DNA of 64,000 nucleotides from Candidatus Zhuqueibacterota bacterium (GCA_016934825.1 JAFGSB010000049.1:10045-74044); one strand, 5' to 3'; counted from the first letter of the stretch, positions 31,034-41,635 are shown. The notes: generated by a model from the sequence alone, not told the origin. Translations and numbers: made by a program.

Positions 31034-34000
31034 TTATTTGATTAACATCATCTTTTTAACAACAACCTCGTTATCGGTCTGCAGTCTGTAGAAGTAAAGA
31101 CCGCTTGAAAGGTTGCCGGCATTAAAGTTAACAGAATGCTCACCAGCCTGAACCCGGCCGTTAATCAACCTGGCCACTTCCCTGCCAAGAACGTCATAAA
31201 CGATAAGTTCGACGTTGGAATCCTTTGGCAGTGAAAAATCAATATGTGTGCTCGGGTTGAACGGGTTTGGATAATTCTGGAATAAATTAAACGAGCTGAC
31301 CAGTTTATCCTGCTTTTTAATATCGGATGCAACCGGGGAACCCCACAACCGCGCGACACCCATTAAATCGGGATACTGCCAGTCATTATCGGTGGCATCA
31401 TAGGTTTTGAGTTTGGTGTCTTTTACGCCGCCGTCATCGTCATCATTCCAATCCAGATCAATCCCGATCAATGAACCGTAACCGGGATCAATTCCAAGTA
31501 ATTCCATCGGAATGGCCGTCTCAAGGATTAATCCGTCAGCCGTTAACTTTTGCGCCTGTTTAATTTTGGCAAACAGGGCAGAGTCTTTATTTGCGACTTT
31601 ACCTTCGCTTACCGGTAAAAGCAGGGCATCCGGATCATACCTGTAGGCAAAACCCCAGTCGTTCACACCGTCATATGAATGTTTGGCGCTATGATCGGCG
31701 TCAATCCATAATTCCACGCCGTCGTCATTCCAGGATTGATCAACGTCAAAATCCCTGTGTAAAGTATCATCCACAACATTGATCCAGAAATACAGGTATT
31801 CCGTATTCCATACAGTTTTAAAGTTGACTTCGGCATCCTTGTAATCATACAATTTGCTGAATTCAGAAAAGCGTTGATTGACAAAAATATCCGGTACATT
31901 TTCCCACGCGTAATCCATCTCGGCGTCAACTTCAATCGGATAGGCGGTATAATGAATATCCAGGAAATCCGAAGTTTCGCGGCCGGTGAATTTTACCGTA
32001 CCGAATTGACTCGGGTCCAGCCAGGAATTTCCATTATCGGACCACCATCTCCACTGAGTGTTGCGGCCACCGGTATCGTTATCATTGATCTGGACCTCAA
32101 AACCGATTTCCAGGCCTTCCGCCGCTTTAAAGGTCAAACCCCTGCTGAACGGCATTTGTATTTCAACGTTGTATCCGAAATCCGTTCTAGCATAGGCATA
32201 GACAAAATTATCAAGCTGAATATTACCCAATAATGCAGTCGGTTCCTTTCCATATTCAAAACGCAACTGATCATCATTATCATCATAGGCGCTCACACCA
32301 GCTTGAACCATGACATTTTTACTGTTGTCTCCATCAAAATACAGCTCAACGCCGTCATTTGCCCAGGCATCGGCGCTTGAGTTATCAATGGAATCATCCT
32401 GAACTTCAACAAAAACATACAGGTTTCTGGAGTCATACATCATTCTGAAACGGCCGAACATATCAAACCAGTTATCCGGTTCTGTGTCCATGCCGATCAA
32501 CATATTTACGTTGCTGACATTAAACCAGGTGGAATCCAGAACACCGTCAATGGGTGGAGGTGTGGTTGTTCTATCAACCAGCAATGGTTTTGCTTTTTCC
32601 GGAACTTCACCGCCGGGAGCGCCGACGAATTTCCCGGAGCCAAAAACGCTCGGTTTCTGCCAGGAATCGTCTGCCGCTGAAAATGTTTTACATTTTGTAT
32701 CGCGCTGTTTGCCGGCGCCGGTATCGTCATCGTTATAGTCAATCTCATGCCCGACCATCCAGCCGTTAGTGGGCTGCATATGTAAAGAATCAAGCGGCAG
32801 GGCAAATTCGAGATAGATCCCTTTATCCGTTTCGGTAGCGGCCCATGGCACAGAATTAATATCAAATGCAGCATCCCCGCCAAAACCCATCGATACGGAA
32901 TCCAATGGTGAGCCGGGAACATACGACCATTTAATACCAATATCATCGTAACCGTCGTATGCTGGTTTTTTACTGTTGTTGCCGTCAAACCAGAACTCGA
33001 TACCGTCATCCGACCAGTCATAAACACCGTCCGTGATAAGGACATCATCCATTACATCGATACCATAATAAATATAATTGCTATCGAATACGACATTGAA
33101 TGTTAATGAAAGATCATCGAAAAAACTATTCAAGCTGTCCGCGGTATTCATATACTGGTTGAGAACATAAGTCGGGAAATTGTCCCAGGCTTCTTCTCTT
33201 ACACCGTCAATAACAGGAGCGGTATCCGTATACCAGATTTCGGTATAATCATTTTGGATATTATCAACTATCTCGACTGTGCCCAGAACACTCGGATTCT
33301 GCCAGGATTCATCGATCATGGAAAAATACTTGACTTTGGTATCCACATCGCCGCCGTCATCATCGTCATTCCAGTCAACTTCGAAACCGAATCGATAACC
33401 CGGGGTTGGGGTAATTCCAAGTAAATCAAGCGGGAACGCGACTTCAAGGGAAACCATGCCGAGAACGCCATCGCCGGTATAGGCTGCGGCCTGCATGACA
33501 CCGGAATAATCACCGCCGGCGCCTGAATGTGTAAAAGGATTAAAGATCAGAGGATTATCCGGATCACCCGAATACAGGAATTGAAAACCCCTGTCATCCA
33601 CACCGTCATAAGTTGTACCTTTACTGTTATTACCGTCAAACCAGACTTCCACACCATCATCTTTCCACGTTTCGGTTCCGCTGTCTCGCATTAATGTATC
33701 ATCATTGACCAGAACAAACAAATAAAAATACTTGTCGTCATACAAACCGCGCCAGCTTATCGCGGCATCCTGAAAACTATAGACTTTTGCAGGTCCGTTT
33801 GGGAAATGAAAATCCCGGTTCCAGGGACCTGTTTTCCAGATATCATCCAGCACACCATCGATAGCCGGCGGGTGGGCCGCTCTGGCGATCGGGGGGATAC
33901 TATCAGCGTCTGTAACAGCATAATGCGGAACATCATTTAGAGCAAAAGCCTGGGTTCCGGTGAATAGGCCAAGCCCTAATGTGCCTACTAACATATAAAA

Positions 34001-34036
34001 TATGATAATAGCAAACAACCATAAAGTTCTTTTCAT
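31034..34036 (-). CDS. Secreted protein with four tandem CBM9-like carbohydrate-binding repeats and a T9SS C-terminal sorting domain (start at MKRTLWLF with GGGAGAAG ribosome-binding site; track ORF extends to 34066)
   Basis: Four repeats of 'W.DDGVE.WFDGNNSK…YDG.DD.GF' (CBM9-like) separated by Asp-rich 'WNDDDDGG' segments. C-terminus 'NYPNPFNPSTHIDFSLP…LYFYRLQTDNEVVVKKMMLIK'. Confidence 0.7.
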   Translation of the reverse strand: MKRTLWLFAIIIFYMLVGTLGLGLFTGTQAFALNDVPHYAVTDADSIPPIARAAHPPAIDGVLDDIWKTGPWNRDFHFPNGPAKVYSFQDAAISWRGLYDDKYFYLFVLVNDDTLMRDSGTETWKDDGVEVWFDGNNSKGTTYDGVDDRGFQFLYSGDPDNPLIFNPFTHSGAGGDYSGVMQAAAYTGDGVLGMVSLEVAFPLDLLGITPTPGYRFGFEVDWNDDDDGGDVDTKVKYFSMIDESWQNPSVLGTVEIVDNIQNDYTEIWYTDTAPVIDGVREEAWDNFPTYVLNQYMNTADSLNSFFDDLSLTFNVVFDSNYIYYGIDVMDDVLITDGVYDWSDDGIEFWFDGNNSKKPAYDGYDDIGIKWSYVPGSPLDSVSMGFGGDAAFDINSVPWAATETDKGIYLEFALPLDSLHMQPTNGWMVGHEIDYNDDDTGAGKQRDTKCKTFSAADDSWQKPSVFGSGKFVGAPGGEVPEKAKPLLVDRTTTPPPIDGVLDSTWFNVSNVNMLIGMDTEPDNWFDMFGRFRMMYDSRNLYVFVEVQDDSIDNSSADAWANDGVELYFDGDNSKNVMVQAGVSAYDDNDDQLRFEYGKEPTALLGNIQLDNFVYAYARTDFGYNVEIQMPFSRGLTFKAAEGLEIGFEVQINDNDTGGRNTQWRWWSDNGNSWLDPSQFGTVKFTGRETSDFLDIHYTAYPIEVDAEMDYAWENVPDIFVNQRFSEFSKLYDYKDAEVNFKTVWNTEYLYFWINVVDDTLHRDFDVDQSWNDDGVELWIDADHSAKHSYDGVNDWGFAYRYDPDALLLPVSEGKVANKDSALFAKIKQAQKLTADGLILETAIPMELLGIDPGYGSLIGIDLDWNDDDDGGVKDTKLKTYDATDNDWQYPDLMGVARLWGSPVASDIKKQDKLVSSFNLFQNYPNPFNPSTHIDFSLPKDSNVELIVYDVLGREVARLINGRVQAGEHSVNFNAGNLSSGLYFYRLQTDNEVVVKKMMLIK

Positions 34037-34801
34037 AATTTCTTCTCCCATAATTTTATTAATCAAAATTGATTAATTCGAAGAAAACATTCCGGATAGC
34101 CATTTTTCTCAGTAATGGAGAAAAATGGCCTTGTCAGCCAAATTTTAAAAACATTATTATATAGATATAAAGGACAGGTTTTCTCACTTTAACGATTACC
34201 TTTTGATATAAAAGTAATAAAGGTTTTACTTAAAATTTTAGTTGCAGTGTTGCATTTAAAATCTTAAATCTAACCAAATGGAAATGAGACTACCGTATCG
34301 TGTAAGAAGAGTGTGGAATGTTAGATTGTCATATAATATAATACCCGTTTACATCAGTATAACATTTTTCAAATTACAAATTTTTTTATTATTGTCAAGT
34401 GTTATTTTTCAAATTTAAAAAAAACATTAAATTTATTATTGAATAAAAAATACTGTTATCAATTTAAAAATTCATTCAACAAAATTAAAATAATTTAAAT
34501 ACTTTGTTGGTCTTGTCAAAATTTGCTTAATTAAAATTAAATTTGATTAAAATAATAATAAAATCATCACCGGCCGGTTAAACCTGAACACATCACTCCT
34601 AATTATTTTGTTATAAAATTTTCAGATATGAAATCATTCCCTGAGATTTCTATGAAACCGGACGAAAAACTTCAGGATGATAAAATCATCAATCAATCCG
34701 AATCCATTTTATCTTTTAAAATTTGAAATATCATTTACGATTGCCTGTTTAGTTAAAATGAAATATTTACTTTCTTTTCCATAAAATTTTCTTGAAATCT
34801 C

Positions 34802-34830
34802 TTGACAATAAATAATTTTTTTTGTACTAT
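34802..34830 (+). promoter_or_regulatory. Near-consensus sigma70-type promoter TTGACA, 17-nt spacer, TACTAT, about 130 bp upstream of the GH30 gene
   Basis: cTTGACAataaataattttttttgTACTATtc, sitting in a 900-bp AT-rich divergent intergenic region. Confidence 0.35.
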
Positions 34831-34958
34831 TCTTAAACGTTATCGCAAACGATTAAGCCTCTCCATCCTATCCTCTCCTCAATTCGATAAACGACAGATT
34901 CAAGAATTATTCCTGACGTCAAAACTCTTTATAAAATTCATTTAAACAGGAGTTTATC

Positions 34959-37900
34959 ATGAATCGATTCTTTTTAATTGTTTTCACAGTTATTTGTTTA
35001 ATTCCGGCCCTGTTATTTTCACAAGAAACAGGTTTAATTGAAGATTTTAATGATAATATACTTACAGGGTGGGGTGAAACAGCCGATTATTCTCTTACCG
35101 AAAAAGACGGGAAATTAAAAATCGAGGCGAACAAAAGGAATACATGGAACTCTTTCACATTTAGTTTTTCGCAACTAAATATATCAGCAAATCCTTATGT
35201 CAGTTTAAAGGTTAAAACCGATACGGATTTTAATTTGGGTTTCTCCGTTTGGGATACTAATGATCAATATGCATATTCCAGGATTACATATCAGGAAATA
35301 GTAAATTCGAACCATTATACGGAATTTGTATTCGATTTTTCCGACGTTAAGGATGTCGACCTGACGAAAATTAAAATGCTCAACTTTGTATTTAATCCTG
35401 CCGGGGCTATAAGGTTTCAGGGCACGGTATATTTTGACGATTTGAAAATCGGCAGTCATGCACTAGTAACGCCGTCCATAACCACGATACCCAAACAATT
35501 TCATATTATAAACGCCCCGGAAGTGACTGTTCCGTTCAGAGGCGTATCCGATCCGGTGCAGGGTCAAGTGCCGCTTGCCGTTACGGCTGTCAGCTCAAAT
35601 CCTTCACTTATTCAGGACCCTGTTGTTTCATATACAGCAGGCGATAAAACCGGATACTTGAATTATACACCGGCTGCGGATCAATCGGGATTAGCGGAAA
35701 TTACGGTTACTGTATCCGGTAATGCACCGGACGACAAAATCATGGTTTTTGATGTGAAAGTGGAAAACAATATAGCGCCGGTAATTGACCAGGTTGAAAC
35801 ATTGAACGGCAAAGCAGGTGAGTTATATGATGTCATGTTAACCGGAATAAACGACGGTAATCCCAACGCTGAACAGTCAATTTCATTGACCGTCGACAGT
35901 TCCGACCCAGCAAAAATACCGGTTCCGATAATACAATACAACAATGGAGACCCCACTGCCATGCTTGCATTCACACCGGTATTGGGCCAGACCGGTCCGG
36001 CAAACATTACCGTTTATTTAAAGGATGACGGTGGTACGATTAACGGCGGCGTGGATTCCTCAAGTATGATGTTTACGGTAAATATTTATGATGATGTCAA
36101 TGATCCGCCAACAATTGATCCGGTTGACGATGTTTCAATACTGGAAGGAGCGGAAGAACATATTATTCAATTAACCGGTATTTCCGATGGAGATGATGAC
36201 GCGGTTCAGAATCTAACCGTTACAGCGTCCAGTTCCAATAAAGCCGTTGTGCCGGACCCGGTTATCGAGTATACACAGGGCGATTCATCCGCATTATTGA
36301 AATACACACCTGTTAGCGGGAAAACCGGAACGGTGAATATTACAGTAACAGTTAATGATGACGGGGGCACGGGGTCGAATAACGGGGATCAGTCGGTAAC
36401 AAAAACATTTAGTATTCAGGTACGTGTCAAACCGACTATGGGTTTCGAAGACGATTTTGAAGACGGCGTTCTTGCCCCGGAATGGCCTCCGGATTGGGGC
36501 GATCTGGGCGAAGACTCTCATCGATGTACGGAAGAAAACGGCGCCTTGAAAATCGAAATCGATAAAACACGTTCGGGTAACAAGTGGGCCGGCTTATGGT
36601 ATAACATTCCCCGGGAACTAGACCTGACTTTATACCCATATATCAGCATAACCATGAAAACTTCTGTTACCGGCACCGAGATGTTGATCTTTTTATGGGA
36701 CGTGTACGATCATTATAATACCGCCAAAACGGTCAGACATACGGTCACCAGTGAATATGTGGAATATTACTTTGATTTTACAGGACTGAATTTACAGGGA
36801 GACGGCACGATTGTCGATTTTTCGCGTATAAAGGCATTACTGATCAATTTTGATCCGGGCGGCGACAGTCCCCTGTTTCAGGGTGATTTTTATTTTGATG
36901 ATTTTAGAGTTGGTGAATTCGCACATCAGGGACCAAAAACCTATATGGTGACAATGGACCCGGTCCCGGATCAGGTCGTAGCTAAAAATTCCGGTGCACA
37001 GACCATTCAATTAACCGGAATTACCGACGGCGCCGAAGGAATAAATCCGGTAACAATAACGGCTCAAAGCAGTAGAAAAACCATAATACCTGTTCCTGTC
37101 GTCAGTGAAGTTGTGAACGGCAAAGCCACTTTAACCTATGCCCCGGTTGAGGACAAAACCGGTTATTCAACCATTACTTTAACAGCGTCCGCCTCAGGTT
37201 CGGAAAATTTAGTCGTAAGATTTCGAATCAATGTTATTGATGCGGACAAGGCGACGGCTGCAAATGTGTACATTGACTTGAACCGGGAACATCAGACCAT
37301 TGACGGTTTTGGCGCGTTTATGGGTGCTGGCAACAGTGTTATCAACAAGGAGCATTTGGCTCTGGCCAAGGATATCGGTATGTCCATGGCTCGTTTCGGT
37401 ATCATCGATACCGAATTCGAACCGGTGAATGATAACAGCGATCCAAACATTATAAATCTCAATAATTTTAATAAAAATGCCATTTCACTGGAAACAATGA
37501 AACTGCTTGATAAATACACAGGCGTTGAAAAATTTATCCTCACCATGTGGAGCCCTCCGGCCTGGATGAAACGAAACAAGGCATTATCCGCTGAAGAGTA
37601 TGCGACAGACAACAAACTGGAACCTCATTATTATGAGGAATACGGCGAACATATGGCGGCGCTCGTCAAAACGGTCAAATATGAAACAGGACATGATCTC
37701 TATGCCATAAGTCTGCAGAACGAACCGCAGTTTAATGAACCTTATGCATCATGTCAGGTCAATCCCACAGAAATGCGGAACCTGATAAAAATCGTGGGCC
37801 CGCGTTTGGAATCGGAAGGCCTGCACACGAAAATATTCTGGGCGGAAGCTCTACCGGCACAGGGTGCGATCAATTCATATATCAGCTCGGTGAAAAATGA

Positions 37901-38840
37901 TTCTGTGGCGAAAAGATATGCCGATATTGTTGCCATCCATAACTATGATGCGGACGGTATTAATGTGGGCGGCGCCGGAGCTGAAGAATGGGAGCGGATT
38001 TATAATTGGGCGCAGAACCCGGAACCTGCCTACCCGACATGGATGACCGAAACCTCGGGACACGCCAATACATGGGACGGCGCTCTGGAATTAGCCGGTA
38101 ATATCTATAACGCACTGGGCTACGGTAATGCGAGCGCCTGGGTTTACTGGAGTTTTGCCGTTACAAAGGATTCGGAAGTATTTGGTTTGGTTGTGGACAA
38201 TAAACCCTCTGCAAAATTTTATGTATCAAAACAGTATTACAAGTTTATCCGGCCCGGAGCGATCCGTATTGATATCACATCATCGGATGAGGAGCTCCCC
38301 TGCCTTGCTTTTAAACATAACGAAGACAGGACATTAACAATTGTTATGCTCAATAAAAGCAGTGACCCAAAGGCGGTACAGGTAGGCGGATCCGGTTTGC
38401 CGATGTCTTTCGATTCATATACAACCGCGGAAAACCGCAGTTTTGATCAGGGAGACCGTTTAAACAGGGGCGGGGTTATCCTTCTCCCGGCAAGCAGTAT
38501 TACGACACTGATCGGCTATTATGACGGACCCGTTAATGTAGAAGAAACGGAAGCGCTGCCCACCTCGTATGGTTTGTCCCAAAACTATCCCAATCCATTC
38601 AATCCGACCACAACGATAGAATTTCAGCTTCCCGGGACAACAAATATAAGCGTAAAAATTTATGACATACTGGGCCGCGAAGTGCGGGTACTGGCGGACC
38701 AGCCGTATAGCGCCGGTATTCATAGAATCAACTGGAACGGGCTCGACAACACCGGCCTTAAAGTGGCAACCGGAATGTATTTTTACCGTCTATATTCGAA
38801 GGAATTTGTAGCTGTGAAAAAATGTTTGCTGATTAAATAA
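34959..38840 (+). CDS. Large secreted multi-domain glycoside hydrolase: two CBM-like beta-sandwich domains, Ig/cadherin-like repeats, a GH30-family catalytic domain and a T9SS C-terminal sorting domain
   Basis: Signal peptide; duplicated '…FDFS…FQG.VYFDD.KIG' modules; Ig-like repeats 'ITVTV…DDGG…'. GH30 acid/base 'YAISLQNEPQ' and nucleophile 'TWMTETS'. C-terminus 'NYPNPFNPTTTIEFQLP…MYFYRLYSKEFVAVKKCLLIK'. Confidence 0.75.
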   Translation: MNRFFLIVFTVICLIPALLFSQETGLIEDFNDNILTGWGETADYSLTEKDGKLKIEANKRNTWNSFTFSFSQLNISANPYVSLKVKTDTDFNLGFSVWDTNDQYAYSRITYQEIVNSNHYTEFVFDFSDVKDVDLTKIKMLNFVFNPAGAIRFQGTVYFDDLKIGSHALVTPSITTIPKQFHIINAPEVTVPFRGVSDPVQGQVPLAVTAVSSNPSLIQDPVVSYTAGDKTGYLNYTPAADQSGLAEITVTVSGNAPDDKIMVFDVKVENNIAPVIDQVETLNGKAGELYDVMLTGINDGNPNAEQSISLTVDSSDPAKIPVPIIQYNNGDPTAMLAFTPVLGQTGPANITVYLKDDGGTINGGVDSSSMMFTVNIYDDVNDPPTIDPVDDVSILEGAEEHIIQLTGISDGDDDAVQNLTVTASSSNKAVVPDPVIEYTQGDSSALLKYTPVSGKTGTVNITVTVNDDGGTGSNNGDQSVTKTFSIQVRVKPTMGFEDDFEDGVLAPEWPPDWGDLGEDSHRCTEENGALKIEIDKTRSGNKWAGLWYNIPRELDLTLYPYISITMKTSVTGTEMLIFLWDVYDHYNTAKTVRHTVTSEYVEYYFDFTGLNLQGDGTIVDFSRIKALLINFDPGGDSPLFQGDFYFDDFRVGEFAHQGPKTYMVTMDPVPDQVVAKNSGAQTIQLTGITDGAEGINPVTITAQSSRKTIIPVPVVSEVVNGKATLTYAPVEDKTGYSTITLTASASGSENLVVRFRINVIDADKATAANVYIDLNREHQTIDGFGAFMGAGNSVINKEHLALAKDIGMSMARFGIIDTEFEPVNDNSDPNIINLNNFNKNAISLETMKLLDKYTGVEKFILTMWSPPAWMKRNKALSAEEYATDNKLEPHYYEEYGEHMAALVKTVKYETGHDLYAISLQNEPQFNEPYASCQVNPTEMRNLIKIVGPRLESEGLHTKIFWAEALPAQGAINSYISSVKNDSVAKRYADIVAIHNYDADGINVGGAGAEEWERIYNWAQNPEPAYPTWMTETSGHANTWDGALELAGNIYNALGYGNASAWVYWSFAVTKDSEVFGLVVDNKPSAKFYVSKQYYKFIRPGAIRIDITSSDEELPCLAFKHNEDRTLTIVMLNKSSDPKAVQVGGSGLPMSFDSYTTAENRSFDQGDRLNRGGVILLPASSITTLIGYYDGPVNVEETEALPTSYGLSQNYPNPFNPTTTIEFQLPGTTNISVKIYDILGREVRVLADQPYSAGIHRINWNGLDNTGLKVATGMYFYRLYSKEFVAVKKCLLIK

Positions 38841-39092
38841 GGAAATTTTCGGCACGTTCCGACAGCCCGGCATTCCCACATCCCGGGTGTTTTTATATTC
38901 AGGGATATTTAGTCCAAAAAATGAATTTTATATGTTTATCTTAATAGGTTTGTTTATTAGCTGCCGCAGGAAAGATTTAAGCAGTGTGTTTTTTTTCAAA
39001 CTAAAATATTTTCAAATAATATTTTGGGGAAAAAAATGGATTTGATTTTTGTTATGTATTTGAGAGTAATTTACTAATAATGGGAGAAAATT

Positions 39093-40610
39093 ATGAAATT
39101 TACAATTAAACTTTTTATTATGATATGTGTATTGATACCGGCAATATCCTCAACCCAGGTACAAACAACCGGCGGTAAACAGAGTGTGGAAATGGAACTG
39201 CAAAATATCAGATCTTCACTATTCGGGGCGGTAGTCCAGGCATATAAAGAAGCAAAAAATGAAAAAGCGGATATTTTGGCGCCCAAAGCCTATGCAGAAG
39301 CAACTGAATATCTTCGCAAGGCTGATGAAGATTTTAAAAAAGGGAAGTCACTGGAAGAGATTAGAAAAAATATTCAGTTATCGCTTTCCAAATATGAAAA
39401 AGCAAAAGAAACAACCAAACTGGCCAATGTTGTATTCGGAACCAGCCTGCAGGCCCGGGCCGATGCCGTCAACGCCGAAGCGTCGGTAAATGCCGCGCTT
39501 CTCTGGAAAAGCGCCGAAGATAAATTTTTTCAGGCGTCGCAAATTCTCGAATCAGGAAATGTGAATGAAGCGAAAAAGAGAGCAACCGAAGCGGAAAAAT
39601 TATACCGTAATGCAGAATTACAGGCTATAAAAATTACTTATCTTGATGAGACCTATGCGCTTTTAAAAGAAGCGGACAAACTCAAAGCGAATGAATACGC
39701 GCCGAAAACGTTACAAAAAGCCCGCGACCTGGTTAAAAAAGCGGAACTGGAACTTGAAAACAATGCCGATACGGATGTGGCGCGTATATCGGCGCGTCAG
39801 GCAAAACGGGAAGCCAGACATGCGGTTTATCTGGCGACGAAAATTAAAAATTACAGGAACAGTAAAAATTCCTGGGAGGATCTTTTACTGGAAGCAGAAG
39901 AACCTTTAAAAAAAATCGGTTCCTCATTAAATTATATTCCCGGTTTCGAGAACGGGTTTGATAAGCCCACTGAAGAAATATTGTTAAAGATCACCGATTA
40001 TCAAATCAATAATACAAAATTGAGTCTGGATTTATTTGACAATCAGCAGCAAAACGATCTGCTGCAACAACGCAAAACAGAACTTGAGGGTATTAACGAT
40101 AAACTGCGAAACCAGTTAGGCATGATTGAAAAACAAAAATCCGAGTTGGATGAACGCCTGCAGGAACAGGCAAAAATCCGGGAAAAATATGACACTGTGG
40201 CTAAACTGTTTAATACAAACGAAGCAATTATCATTCGCGAAGGCAATGATTTTATCATTCGTCTGATCGGTTTGAGTTTTCCGGTCGGCAAAGCAATTAT
40301 CGAACCTCAATATTATGAATTTTTGGCCAAGGTAAAAAAGGCTATTGACGTTTTTCCCAATTCCACGATTACCATAGCCGGTCATACGGATTCATTCGGC
40401 AGCGATGCGTTGAATCTGAATCTCTCAATACAGCGGGCTGAATCGGTGAAAAATTATTTAACATCTAATGTGGACATAAAATCCGAACAATTTGAAGCAA
40501 TAGGTTACGGGGAAAGCAGACCCATCGCTACAAACGAAACCGAGGCAGGACGCGCGAAAAACAGAAGGATCGAGGTGATCATCCATCCCAAATATAAGGG
40601 CGATATATAA
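39093..40610 (+). CDS. OmpA-family protein with a long N-terminal coiled-coil region
   Basis: Signal peptide; Ala/Lys/Glu-rich heptad-like region; C-terminal OmpA-like domain 'GHTDSFGSDALNLNLSIQRAESVKNYL…NRRIEVII'. Confidence 0.8.
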   Translation: MKFTIKLFIMICVLIPAISSTQVQTTGGKQSVEMELQNIRSSLFGAVVQAYKEAKNEKADILAPKAYAEATEYLRKADEDFKKGKSLEEIRKNIQLSLSKYEKAKETTKLANVVFGTSLQARADAVNAEASVNAALLWKSAEDKFFQASQILESGNVNEAKKRATEAEKLYRNAELQAIKITYLDETYALLKEADKLKANEYAPKTLQKARDLVKKAELELENNADTDVARISARQAKREARHAVYLATKIKNYRNSKNSWEDLLLEAEEPLKKIGSSLNYIPGFENGFDKPTEEILLKITDYQINNTKLSLDLFDNQQQNDLLQQRKTELEGINDKLRNQLGMIEKQKSELDERLQEQAKIREKYDTVAKLFNTNEAIIIREGNDFIIRLIGLSFPVGKAIIEPQYYEFLAKVKKAIDVFPNSTITIAGHTDSFGSDALNLNLSIQRAESVKNYLTSNVDIKSEQFEAIGYGESRPIATNETEAGRAKNRRIEVIIHPKYKGDI

Positions 40611-40659
40611 ACTTTTATCTTATCTGTTCATTGTTTATTAGAAATAAATACGTGCCGGG

Positions 40660-40680
40660 CCGGACAACCGGTCCGGTTTT
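40660..40680 (+). terminator. Intrinsic terminator after the OmpA-family gene
   Basis: CCGGACaaccgGTCCGG followed by TTTT. Confidence 0.5.
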
Positions 40681-40905
40681 CAAGAACAACCACCCTGTAA
40701 ATTCAGTTTTATCTTACAGATGTACGATGATATCAAAAGATGATAAAAATTGAAAATATGAGTTGGTAATATATTTTTTTCTCCGGTTTTAAATTCCACA
40801 AAAACCGAATCGTGTTATTTGTTTTTTTCAATAAAAATATACTTTATATTATAGTGTTGCTTTATTATAAAAATAATAACAGAAAACAATCCCCAGGAGG
40901 GTAAC

Positions 40906-41634
40906 ATGATTTCGAAATCCGGTTTTAATAAAAGAATCACCCCCTTTACAAATTACTTCACCCTGTTTTTCATATTGTTTGCGCTGAATGCTGTATTGTT
41001 ATCACAAACTGTAAAAACCGCGGATAATCCGGACCCCGCACGATTTGCTCAAGATATTGAAACGTTCATCAACTGGGACCAAAAAAACGCCGTGCCTGAT
41101 AATGCAATATTATTCGTGGGCAGTTCCAGTATCAGGATGTGGAAAACACGGGACTCGTTCCCCGATTTTCCCGTCATTAACAGGGGCTTTGGCGGCTCGC
41201 ATATTTCCGATGTGATTTTCTTTATGAAAGATGTTGTACTCAAGTATAATCCGGAGATCATTATTTTCTATGCCGGCGACAACGATATTGCGGGGAGTAA
41301 AAGTCCGCAGCAGGTTTTTGAAGATTATGTAACTTTTATAAAAAACGTAAAAGAAAAACTGCCGGACGTTCGGATCGTGTATATCCCGATTAAACCGAGT
41401 ATCGCACGGTGGAATATGTGGCCCGATATGAAAAAGACAAACAAACTGATAATGGATTATTCACAAAAAGATACACGGCTGTTCTATGCGGATACGGCCA
41501 CACCAATGCTTGGAACCGACGGTAAACCCGAAACCGATTTATTTCTGGATGATGGATTACATTTGAATGATAAAGGATACGAATTATGGAACGGAATTCT
41601 TTATCCGGTTGTTGAGGAAATCCTGAAACAATAA
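40906..41634 (+). CDS. SGNH/GDSL-type hydrolase (carbohydrate or lipid O-acetylesterase-like)
   Basis: Block I 'LFVGSSSIRMW' (Ser nucleophile), block II 'GFGGSHISD', block III 'YAGDNDI' (GxND), block V 'DGLHLNDKGY' (DxxH). Confidence 0.7.
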   Translation: MISKSGFNKRITPFTNYFTLFFILFALNAVLLSQTVKTADNPDPARFAQDIETFINWDQKNAVPDNAILFVGSSSIRMWKTRDSFPDFPVINRGFGGSHISDVIFFMKDVVLKYNPEIIIFYAGDNDIAGSKSPQQVFEDYVTFIKNVKEKLPDVRIVYIPIKPSIARWNMWPDMKKTNKLIMDYSQKDTRLFYADTATPMLGTDGKPETDLFLDDGLHLNDKGYELWNGILYPVVEEILKQ

Positions 41635-41635
41635 A

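Noticed and set aside
38869-38895. Weak hairpin (CCCGG…CCGGG) plus TGTTTTTA after the GH30 gene
   Set aside because: Short stem with a long unstructured loop. Too weak to annotate as a terminator.
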